From: Clostridia bacterium
GTDB taxonomy: Bacteria; Bacillota; Clostridia; Oscillospirales; CAG-272
DNA: 64,000 nucleotides
NCBI GenBank assembly: GCA_017517035.1
Contig: JAFXAN010000121.1
Coordinates: forward strand, 17,736 to 81,735
Direction of reading: 5' to 3'
Made by a program: the position numbers and the translations under genes. Below are positions 20,706 to 31,100 of the stretch, in pieces. Below the pieces are notes generated by a model that saw nothing but the letters and a program-made list of their open reading frames with translations, ran no database searches and had not been told where the DNA came from. How positions within the stretch are numbered: the first letter of the stretch is position 1; the number at the start of each line of letters is the position of its first letter.

Positions 20706-21143
20706 TTATTGATTCTTTCTTGAAATAATATTTACGATCTCAACATCGTATTTTTTTGATACACGGAATTTTGAATATAACCAGATACCGAGAAAAGTCA
20801 GCACAAAGCCAAGAAGGGTTACACCGTATCTTATCGGCTCGGTAACATCAAATAATCCCATGAGAGCATAAATGCAAAGCATCACCAAGAGAGGAAGAAC
20901 AAATACGATCATTGCATAGAAAAGCACCGTTTTGGTTTCGGTCTCAATCTCAACAACATCACCCACATCAGCATGAGCGGTATTTTTAGCCTTTGCGGTA
21001 ATCTTGTTGTTACCGCCCATAAGTGAGCACACAGAGCATCCTTCGGCATGCTTGTGGCATCCTTCACAGGCTGAAAGTCTCTCGCTTTCAACTATTGCAA
21101 TTTTTCCCTCAACACTTTTTACTGTTGCTTTAACTCTCATCAA
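20706..21143 (-). CDS. rseC: RseC/MucC (SoxR-reducing system) family protein
   Basis: N-terminal Cys-rich OB-like region (CEGCHKHAEGCSVC) followed by two TM helices. Confidence 0.7.
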   Translation of the reverse strand: MMRVKATVKSVEGKIAIVESERLSACEGCHKHAEGCSVCSLMGGNNKITAKAKNTAHADVGDVVEIETETKTVLFYAMIVFVLPLLVMLCIYALMGLFDVTEPIRYGVTLLGFVLTFLGIWLYSKFRVSKKYDVEIVNIISRKNQ

Positions 21144-21156
21144 TTTTCTCCGTTTT

Positions 21157-22749
21157 TTATTCTATTGGGGCATATTTTGCCATAATGGCAAGAGCGGTTT
21201 TGATTCCATCGACAGCCGCACTTGTAATTCCGCCCGCATATCCTGCACCCTCACCGCATGGATAAACGCCTTCTCTGCCGATGGCGCACATATCTTCTCC
21301 TCGAAGAATACGCAAAGGTGCGGAGGTTCTTGTTTCAAATCCCGAAAGGACAGCATCGCGGGCAGAAAAGCCCTCGATTTTTCTTTCAAATCCCATAATT
21401 CCGCTTTTAAGCTCTCTTGTCACAAATCTCGGAAAAAGTGCGCCAAGCTCGGCTATCTTGAATTTACCGCCGCCCATATAGGTCGGCATGATCCTCTTCG
21501 GCTCACTTATCGCTTTATCTTCAATAAAATCCCCAAAGGTCTGGATCGGAACATTATAGTTTTCACCGCCTGCACGAAAAGCAGCTCTTTCAAGATTTCG
21601 CTGAAATTCAATAGCTCCCATAACGCTTCCGCCATAGTCCTCTGTTTTAACAGATACAGCAACTGCAGAATTGGCATTTTTTCCGTCTCGCTTAAAACGG
21701 CTCATTCCGTTTACAACAACACCGCCCTCTTCACTTGCTGCTGCGACCACCTCGCCGCCCGGACACATACAGAATGTATAAACTCCTCTCTCTCCCGTAG
21801 TATCAGAAAGAGTATATTCGCCCCTGCCAAGCTTTGGGTGACCTGCATATTTTCCGAAAAGTGCCTTATCTATATCAGCTTGAAGATGCTCGATTCTGAC
21901 ACCCACGGAGAATGGCTTCGGTTCTATCACAAAGCCCTGCTCTAAAAGCATTTTATAGGTATCCCTTGCGCTATGCCCAAGGGCAAGAACGATAGCACCG
22001 CAGTCTATGCTTCCGTCTGTGGTTTCGGCACGGAGACCCGAAAGCGAAGTGAGTCTTGTATTATATCTTATCTCACCACCGCACTCAACGATCCTTGCAG
22101 CTGCACGCTCAACAACATCACGGAGGATATCTGTTCCGATATGAGGCTTTGCTTTATATAATATCTCATCGGGTGCGCCAAATTCATGAAGTCTGCGCAG
22201 CACATATGAGCATTTTTCGTCGCTAATTCTCGTTACAAGCTTTCCGTCGGAAAATGTTCCTGCACCGCCCGCACCGAATTGAATATTTGTATTTACATCA
22301 AGCCCTTCCCCACGGTAAAATGCCTCAACCGTCTTGGTTCGCTCGGCAACGCAAGAGCCTCTTTCAAGAACGATCGGAGCATATCCGTTTTCGGCTAGCA
22401 AAAGCGCACAGAATATTCCCGCCGGACCAAGTCCTACGACAACAGGTCTTGAATTTAGTCTTTTTGAACCCTTGAGGATCTCAAGATCATCATTTGCCGC
22501 CTCGGAGATACCGTACTTTTGCAATCTCTCAAGCGGGATCGAAATATTCGATTCACTTTCAGCAAGAACCGAGCAGACACAAACGATGGCATCTCTCTTC
22601 CTCGCATCAATAGAACGCTTATAAAGCCTGAAAGAAAAATCACGGCTGTTCATTCCCGCTCTTTTGACCTTAAGCTTGGCTTCACTTAAAAAATCGTCAT
22701 CCGGAGCATCAAACGGCTTCTTAATATTGTTAATTACAAGCTTTTTCAT
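21157..22749 (-). CDS. FAD-dependent oxidoreductase (COG2509-like)
   Basis: VVVGLGPAGIFCALLLAENG Rossmann motif. The 530-aa architecture is typical of uncharacterised FAD dehydrogenases. Confidence 0.75.
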   Translation of the reverse strand: MKKLVINNIKKPFDAPDDDFLSEAKLKVKRAGMNSRDFSFRLYKRSIDARKRDAIVCVCSVLAESESNISIPLERLQKYGISEAANDDLEILKGSKRLNSRPVVVGLGPAGIFCALLLAENGYAPIVLERGSCVAERTKTVEAFYRGEGLDVNTNIQFGAGGAGTFSDGKLVTRISDEKCSYVLRRLHEFGAPDEILYKAKPHIGTDILRDVVERAAARIVECGGEIRYNTRLTSLSGLRAETTDGSIDCGAIVLALGHSARDTYKMLLEQGFVIEPKPFSVGVRIEHLQADIDKALFGKYAGHPKLGRGEYTLSDTTGERGVYTFCMCPGGEVVAAASEEGGVVVNGMSRFKRDGKNANSAVAVSVKTEDYGGSVMGAIEFQRNLERAAFRAGGENYNVPIQTFGDFIEDKAISEPKRIMPTYMGGGKFKIAELGALFPRFVTRELKSGIMGFERKIEGFSARDAVLSGFETRTSAPLRILRGEDMCAIGREGVYPCGEGAGYAGGITSAAVDGIKTALAIMAKYAPIE

Positions 22750-22751
22750 AA

Positions 22752-24059
22752 TTATTTATCTTCATCCTCAAAAATCTCAACATCCATCTTTCCTGTTGCG
22801 ATAGGATAAAGAGTGAATCCAACATCCATAGGCTTCACACTCGGATAACCGGAATATGTGCCATCCGGGTTCTTTTTCAATGTTGACAAATCAAACTCGA
22901 TTCCAAAATTATCAAGCTTCACCTTCTTCGCAGAGCTGGAATCAACTATATATCTGAAAGAAAAACCGCTATCTATAAGCTTGAAATCGTATCCCTCGGG
23001 ATTCTTTATCGCGATCTTATCTGCAGGAACTTCGATAGAAGCACCCACATAATTTTTAAGCTCTATATCAACCGAAAAATTCGTTGTCTGATTCACATCG
23101 ACAACTCCATTCGGAAGCTTCACACCAACGAGCATTTCGGTGTTTCCGCCTATCTTGGTTTCATCTATCTCGGTAAGATGAATGTTATCTATCTGACCGA
23201 GAATGGTCGGATCGCCCCTGAGAGTAATTTCAGAGGGTGTCAAATTGACCTTGATATTTTTATCGTAAATATATCCGTATTTATAGCTATAGGTCAAAGG
23301 CACTGTCTTTTCGGTGAAAACATCAACCTTAACAAAAAGTGTTTTAAGCGAAGATGTTATGTAGGTTGAATTAATTTCCGAACCGTTTTCATCGAGAAGT
23401 ACTATAGGTGCGCTCGCTGTTGTGCTGGTAGTAAGCTCACCGAGATCAGGAGCACTGCGAGCTTCTTTCACCTTTTCAGCAATGCTCTTTGCACCGGAAA
23501 CCGTCACGCTGTCCACATTGGCGCTCAGAACATGGGAATATTCTGAAATGATAGAATATGTGGGTATTACCGACACAGGAACATCTATTTCCACTCTCTG
23601 ATCGATGAAAGTTTTGACACTTGACGGAGAGACAACAGTATCAAGCTTATCTGTTCCCTTTACAGAAACCGATAGTCTGACAGTTCCGGCTTTGTCAACA
23701 TCACCAACATTTATATATGCAACGATATCATCCTCATCAAGAGAATCAACCTTATTTTTTGAACCTGATGCGGTTACGCTGACAGTCTTATCTATAAGCT
23801 CAAAAACTGCAAGATCATTTTTGGAAAGTGCCGCTTCACCTTCTATCACAACGCTGACATTGTCAAACTTACGGGTTGCCGTTTCAGCATTCTCATCATA
23901 AACATTCAGCCATATAAAAACCGCACAAAGAAGGCAAACAACATATGTCAGGATCGACGCAAGCTTTATATAAAGCTTTCCGATCTTAAAGGTCTGCTTT
24001 TCGAAGCGTGACTTCACCTGATCGACCTTTTCACGAAGATTATTATTCTGATTCTTCAT
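22752..24059 (-). CDS. cdaR: YbbR-domain protein, CdaA regulator CdaR
   Basis: N-terminal TM helix followed by repeated YbbR-like beta modules. It lies immediately downstream of cdaA. Confidence 0.8.
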   Translation of the reverse strand: MKNQNNNLREKVDQVKSRFEKQTFKIGKLYIKLASILTYVVCLLCAVFIWLNVYDENAETATRKFDNVSVVIEGEAALSKNDLAVFELIDKTVSVTASGSKNKVDSLDEDDIVAYINVGDVDKAGTVRLSVSVKGTDKLDTVVSPSSVKTFIDQRVEIDVPVSVIPTYSIISEYSHVLSANVDSVTVSGAKSIAEKVKEARSAPDLGELTTSTTASAPIVLLDENGSEINSTYITSSLKTLFVKVDVFTEKTVPLTYSYKYGYIYDKNIKVNLTPSEITLRGDPTILGQIDNIHLTEIDETKIGGNTEMLVGVKLPNGVVDVNQTTNFSVDIELKNYVGASIEVPADKIAIKNPEGYDFKLIDSGFSFRYIVDSSSAKKVKLDNFGIEFDLSTLKKNPDGTYSGYPSVKPMDVGFTLYPIATGKMDVEIFEDEDK

Positions 24060-24074
24060 ATTATTGCCCCTTTC

Positions 24075-24956
24075 TTATTTATTTGATGACATCTGTTCCT
24101 TGTTTCTTTGCTTATTTTCATCATTTGAAACAATAAGATTCTTTCTAAGCACCTGAAATAATGAATCAGCGGTCACATCCTGTTTAAGGTCACCGTCAAT
24201 GGCATATGAAATACGACCCGTCTCCTCGGAAACCATGATAGCTATGCAATCATTGCCGCCCTCTGTTGCTCCGACGCCTGCCTTATGTCTTGATCCGAGG
24301 TCAAGAGGAAGCAATGGGTTATTTGAAATCTCATCAAAAAGCACTCTTGCCTTTGCTATTCTGAAATCATTTATTACAACTGCTCCGTCATGCAGTGGCG
24401 AATTTTTAAAAAATATGTTTTCAATAAGCTCGCTTGTAACATCACTGTTGAGGCTGACAGCCTTCATCTCGTCATAAGCATTAAGCTCCTTCTCCTTTTG
24501 GAAAATGATAAGCGCCCCAACCGAATGCTTTGACATATTATGAATGGCACGGCAAATATTTCCGATCACAGAAAGCCTTTCATCGTCCCCAACAGAAGCC
24601 TTCTTTGAACCAAATCTTTTGCTGGCATATCCAACATTTTCAAGAAGAGTTCTGATCTCCGGCTGGAAAATGACAACGATCGCAATAAGACCGAACTGCA
24701 TAACCGTTTCAAGGACATAAAATGTAGCCTTTAGATTAAGCAAATACGATATTAGTGTGAGAAGCAAAACGGCAATGATACCAACGAGAAGCCTGCCGGA
24801 TCTTTTCTTCATGATTCCGATGAGGAACTTTGCGCAAATATAGAGGAGCACCGAAAGCACAAAAATATCAAAAACATTCAAAACCGCACGAAGAATTGCG
24901 GAGCTTGAGCTTATCTCCGATATCCAATATGACAAATTATCCCTGATACTTAGCAT
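24075..24956 (-). CDS. cdaA: diadenylate cyclase CdaA
   Basis: Three N-terminal TM helices plus a DAC domain (DGAVVI...GSRHKAGVG...VSEETG). Confidence 0.9.
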   Translation of the reverse strand: MLSIRDNLSYWISEISSSSAILRAVLNVFDIFVLSVLLYICAKFLIGIMKKRSGRLLVGIIAVLLLTLISYLLNLKATFYVLETVMQFGLIAIVVIFQPEIRTLLENVGYASKRFGSKKASVGDDERLSVIGNICRAIHNMSKHSVGALIIFQKEKELNAYDEMKAVSLNSDVTSELIENIFFKNSPLHDGAVVINDFRIAKARVLFDEISNNPLLPLDLGSRHKAGVGATEGGNDCIAIMVSEETGRISYAIDGDLKQDVTADSLFQVLRKNLIVSNDENKQRNKEQMSSNK

Positions 24957-25080
24957 TTGTACACCTCCAAAATAAGGATATAATATGCGATTATAATTAT
25001 ATAATATATATTATATCACATATTACTCAATTTTTCAAATAAATATTTAAAATTTTTTTGATTTTTTCAAAAAAATAATA

Positions 25081-25108
25081 TCCGACCCACAAATTAATGC
25101 GGGTCGGA
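25081..25108 (-). terminator. rho-independent terminator after the giant LRR gene (bidirectional shape)
   Basis: 8-bp GC-rich stem TCCGACCC/GGGTCGGA with T-runs on both strands. Confidence 0.6.
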
Positions 25109-25128
25109 CTGAATTATTTTTTAGAAAA

Positions 25129-28100
25129 TTATTTAACGAGATTTTCTCTGAATTTCTGAACATCGAGCCAAGAGATGTTAGCTGAAAGATCTCTGCCGTC
25201 ATCTATCATGCCCTGACATACAAATTCGAGATTTGTGCTGTTATAAATTGCGTCGTCATCACCTATAAGGTCAGCATAAACAACATAGTCATTGCCTTCC
25301 TTATCCTCATATACGATATAGCCTCTGAAGGTTACATTCTTTGTATAGTTGGATTCGTTGAAATATGTAACAGTACAAGCATACTTAATTGCTGTCTCGC
25401 TCTCGGAGAGGATCTTGCCAACTCTGAAGCCCTTCTGATAGATGGGAGAAACAACCGCAAAGCCGTGAGAAGCATATTCTCCGTCAGCATTCTTTGCAAT
25501 GGTAAGCTCAACACCTGCATCATTCAGTTTATCTGTTGAAGCAAGCAAGCTACCGTATTCAACGACCTTAAGTCCCTTTGCCTCAAGAGCCGCCATTGCA
25601 GCGGGATTTGCAGTGAAGATAGAACGGAGACCGTTATAGTCCTTTTCTCTGATCTCATAGCCATCAAAGGTGAGGAGACTCTCTGTTTCAAGAGGAATAA
25701 ACTCAAGACCGTTAGCATTTGCATATGTTTCAGCGGTCGATCCTCTATAACCGATGATTGTCTTAAGACCTGTACAACCTGAGAATGCAGATGCACCAAT
25801 CACAGTTGTCTTGCTCTCAAACAGAACGGTATTAAGCTTGCTGCTATTATAGAATGTTGTTCCGTCAAGAGAAGTTACGCCTGTGGGAACTCTGATATAG
25901 AGGAGATTATCGCAACGGAAGAACAGATTCTGTCCCCACGCACCGGAAAGGTCATCATTAAGAAGGATCGTATGAGCCTTAGCGGAAGCCATGCACATTG
26001 AACCGAGAGAAGTGATATTGCTAAGATCGATAACACCTTCTTTTATGGCATTACCTGTGATATAAAGCGTAGTAAGTCCGGAACCGTTAAAGCCGCTATC
26101 AGTAATTGCTGTTACAGATGCAGGGATTTCAACGGTTTTGAGATTCGCATGAGTAGCAAATGATGAATCGATCTTTGTAAATCCAGGATTTACATAAATA
26201 GCTTTTGTGATGAGGCTCTTATACTTATCCCAAACACGCAGATGACCGTTCTTATCCTTATTTACAGCGGTATCATAGTCAGTATAGCCCATATTAAAGT
26301 ATGTTGCAGAGCCTGTCGCATATGCTGTGACATTCTTATCATCAACCTTATCAAGAAGGATAACGGAATTGCCATTTGAATAAACTGCAACTATTTCGTT
26401 GATATAAGCACTATCAATGAACTGAACTCCTTTTTCTTCGGCCAAAGTTACAGCGGTTGAACCGGTCTTTCCTGCGATTGTTACATCAGCACAAATTCCG
26501 GAGAATGAGCTTGATGAATATGTAAAGCTGTCAGCACCAAAACTAATATATTTAAGTTTCGAAGCATTAATAAAGGCATTAGCACCTATAGATGTAACCT
26601 TTGCGGGAATCTCAATCATTTCAAGCTTTGTAGCATTACCGAAGGTATATGTTCCAATGCTTGTTAGATTTTCATTGAGAAGAATCTTAACAAATTTGTT
26701 TTGATAGAAAACATATCCGCCAATTTTAGGAACATTTGTAAGATTAGCAACTCCGATTTCAGGTGTCTGTCCTGTAGTATATACGGTTGTAAGCGTTGTG
26801 AGACCATTGAACGCATCATTATTAATGTTTGTCATATTGGGATGAAGCTCAAGAATCTGTGCTCCCATCGCCTGGAACAGGTAGCCTGAAATTTTTGTCA
26901 AATTAGGGGCACTGAATTTGATCTTTGAAACCTTACCGCAGTACTGATAATAATTGGTCTCTTCATATTTTTTATTTTCAACAAAATTAGGATATCCGCC
27001 GGCCAGATATTCACCAGATGTACTCATAGCCTGGGCGGTTGTACCTGTACCGTAAATGTCAAAGATATATTTTCCGTTACCATCATCAAGAATGCGGAAA
27101 TAAAGATCTTCACCGATAGGCATTCCGCTTGCAACGGTGCCAATTGCCTCGAATGTGATGGTTCTGTCGATCTCATTCTCTGCAAAATACTCATTTGCCC
27201 AGTTTACAAAGGTCTCTGCTGTTGAACCTACAGTACCCTTAACAGTCTTAAGGGCAGACATCCATGTTACAAAACCTTCATAGTCATTTGCCGTTGCATT
27301 TGTTGCAATGGCAAAGAGAGCATTAGGATTCTTAACTGTGATCTCAACAACTACATTATTGGGGAATTTACCGCTATCTGATGTACCGTTATTTCCGTAG
27401 AAGGATTCTGCAGGAATAACAGACATACTTGCCGGGAATTCAACAGAAGCTTTTTCCCAAACTCTGTCATCTGATGCATAATTGTTGGTACCACTTACAA
27501 AGGACATTTTACCTATCTTTGCACCTTCAGAAATGATAACCTTGGAAAGGTTTCCTTGCCAGAACAGTGCATTTGAGGAGAAGTTACAATTTTCACCAAC
27601 AATAATAGTATCCATCATGTTGCGTACAAGAGCATATGATGCAACACTTGTGATGTTGGAAAGATTGAATGTTCCCTCTACCATTTCCTGACCGGTTGTG
27701 TAAACGGTATGGAGCTTACGGGCATCATTAAGAGCACTACCACCGATAGATTTGCAGCTTGTTGGAAGCTCAAGTATCAGGGCATTGGCAAACATATCCT
27801 TAACTGTGGCATTAAGGCTTGTTATAGGAGCTTCAATAACAACCTTTGTTACATCAGCCTTATAGGAATCAAGTCCCCAATCGGAGGATGCAGCAGGAAG
27901 CGATGTGACATCACCACCAATTGTGATAACATACTTTCCGTCTTCGCCTGTTGTGAGAGTCCAAGTTGCACCGCTGTAGCTACCGCTTGCAACATTTGCT
28001 CCGCCAATGCTTACAAACTCGATCTCTCTGCCGTTTGCATTAGCCCATTCTACCATAGCCTCTGCAGTTGAGCCGGAATAGCCCTTAACTGTTGTGAGTG

Positions 28101-31100
28101 CGCCCATAGCATTAAGGAATGCGGAATAATCACTTGTTGTGCATCCTTCAAATGTTGCATCGGGATTTTTAATAGTTATTTCCAAAACATATGCGTTTGG
28201 AGAGAACGTACTGTTATTATCAGTCATCTGGAAAGGAGCATAAGGAATTGTTGCAAGGCTTTCGGGGAAGCTGATACTTGTAAGCTTGTTTTTAGACGAA
28301 GAAGTATAGAAGCCGAAAGCTCTTGAGCCGATAGTTACGCCCTCGGGAAGTTCGAGAGTTTCAAGACCGGTGTTCCACACAAAAGCATAATTTCCGATTT
28401 GAACATTTTCTTTCAAAATCACCTTCTTGAATGCGCTCTTAACAAGCGCATAATCAGAAAGTGAAGTAATATTTGAAAGATTTGCAGTTCCAGCCTCGGG
28501 AGTCTGACCCTTAGTATAAATGGTTGTAAGCTTATCCATATCGTTGAAGCAACTTGCACTTGACAGAGTTGTCATAGATGTCGGAAGCTCAAGAGTATGA
28601 CAATTATCAAATTTAGCGAAGGTGTATCCAAGAACCTTTGTTACAGGAGCTTCGATAACCAACTTCTTGACCTGAGAAGCGTAATCTTTCCAGTCATATT
28701 GAGTGTGATCTTCGTTCCAAGCTATACTTGTGTCGAATGATCCGGTTGCAGTAATATAGGGCTGTACATATGTTCCTGTACCCTGAATGTACATTACATA
28801 TTCGCCATTCTCATTCATGATCTTCCATGTGAGGTTCACGCCTGCCTTACCTTCGGCAACAGCCGGCTCTTCGAGTGCAGAAAATGATACTCTGTGGGTA
28901 ACGCCAATTTCTTCATATTTAGCATTGGCAGTATCTACCCAAGTCTGGATACTTGTTCCCTCTTTAGCATAAATAGTATCAATATATGTCTTATATCCCT
29001 TTGAAATATTATTCTTATCTACCTGTTCATCGGCGTTAAGAAGGAAATTGTCCGGAATTGTAGGATTGCCAAGGAATGTTACTTCCTTAAGTGCAGTGCA
29101 CTGATTAAAGGTTCTATATGAGAAGCTTGTGACACCTGCAGGAATAGTGATACTCTTAAGCGAGGAGTTATAGCTGATAAATTTATCGCCAAGTCCTCCT
29201 GTAAGGTTATCGGAAAGCTTAACTTCCTTAAGAGTTGTCTTGCCCGAGCCGTCAAATTGATAACCGCCCGTCATACTTGTTACATATGTAAGGTCATATG
29301 TTCCCGTAACAGGCTCATTTCCCTTAACATAAATTGTTGAAAGGTTAGCACAGTTACCGAATGCATTGTTTTCTATAGTCTTTATATTGGGAGTAAGCTC
29401 AACTGTTGTAAGACCACCGATATAATAGAAAGTTTTTGAACCAATATTGGTTACAGAATCACAGAATTTGATAGTCTTAATCTGATCTTTATAAGGATAG
29501 AATACAGAAAGCTTTTCCTTAGAACCATCAGAACTCCATCCGCCTGAACCGGAATATGTCTTTGTTCCTGTACCTTCGATGGTAAGAACACCCGAATCAA
29601 TATCGAGAAGCCATGTAAGATCCGTACCTGCTGAGCCTGTTGCACCAAGGTTCGTAAATTTAATACTATTCTCTTTTGCAAAGGTCTTTGCATATGCGTT
29701 ATCATATGAAACGATCGTTGCGTCAGCACTTACTGCACCTACCTCAATTGCAGCTACAGAAAGAGGAAGATTTACAGTTACTCCGCTGATTGCAAAAGCA
29801 TTTGCACCGATAGCTGTTATGCCATCGGAAACAACAACACTTGTAACAGTGCTTCCTGCCCAAGGAGTAGAAGCATAGCTATCATATGCAGGGATAGCAC
29901 CTGCACCCTTAATGGTGAGAGTGCCATCATTGCCCATAACCCAAAGTCCAACGCCTTCGATATTACCGTAATCAGCCGCATCGCCAACTCCGGTCATATT
30001 GTAGGATGCGGAATATGCGGGTGCGGAGAATGTTACGCTTGCTTCATCAACGCTTGTTGAAAGCATACCGTCCTTAAGTGTTACATTTTCAGCATCAACG
30101 AGTATTCCCTGTGCGGAAACCCAAAGAGGTGTTGCGATAACTGCATAAGGAACATTTGCGCCGAGAACAGAGGTCTGTCCAAGCTCACCATCCTCGGTAT
30201 AGAGCTTGATAGAACCGTCAGCTGTGGGTCTGTCGCCCCAGTTCATGCAGGCATCAAATGTGATTGCCGCATTTTCGCCGTCAAGGGCATTATTATTCTC
30301 AATTACCCAAACCTTGCTGTTCACATCATTATGAAGTGCATATATTTCAGCAAGCTTTGCATTGATATTTGTAAGTCCTTCGCCTGTGAGAACGATACCG
30401 ATTCCGTCAGCTGCGCTTGAAGCTGCGAGTGCCTTGAAATCTATATCGGTGTTCTTATCAGCCTTATAAAGATCGACGCTTACTACATTTGTATCGCAAA
30501 CCTTTTCCCATGCAGCCTCAAAATCATCCTTGAAGGAAGCTTCAAAATCGGAAACATAGTTGATAGTATGTGATTTTTCGGAAGTATCGACGGTCTTTGA
30601 GATCGACTGAGAATACTGACCGCTACCGCCATGTCCCATATTCTGATTGAACTTAAGTGTAACATTACAGTTAAGAAGATCATAGATAGACATTACAGTT
30701 GAGGGAGGAACAAGAGTGTCTTTAAGACCTGCGTTGATCGTAACACTACAATCCTTGCTGATTCTTGTTGCAAGATTTGCTGTATCAACATAGCGAAGTC
30801 CCTCGCCATAGGGGAAGTTTCTGGGAGATGTGGGCTTATATCTGTCAGAATCCGCACTTGTAACGCCCTGGTCAGCAAACCACGGAACACCTGCGGAAAC
30901 CGAATTTACATCTGAATCAAGACCTGCAACAGCAAGAGCCTGATAACCACCCTGGCTGCTTCCGCTTGTGAGGATGTTCGCTCCATCCCAAACACCTGCA
31001 AACACGGATGTATCAACACCGTTTACCGTGCTTGTAACGCCTGTTTCGTTAAAATACAGCTTAAGGAAGTTTACAGCCTGAACATCACGCATGAGCATAT

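Noticed and set aside
21004-21945. 313-aa plus-strand ORF
   Set aside because: It lies entirely antisense to the well-supported FAD-dependent oxidoreductase gene. Its composition is Cys/Ser/Phe-rich and low in complexity, it has no Shine-Dalgarno sequence, and I see no family resemblance.
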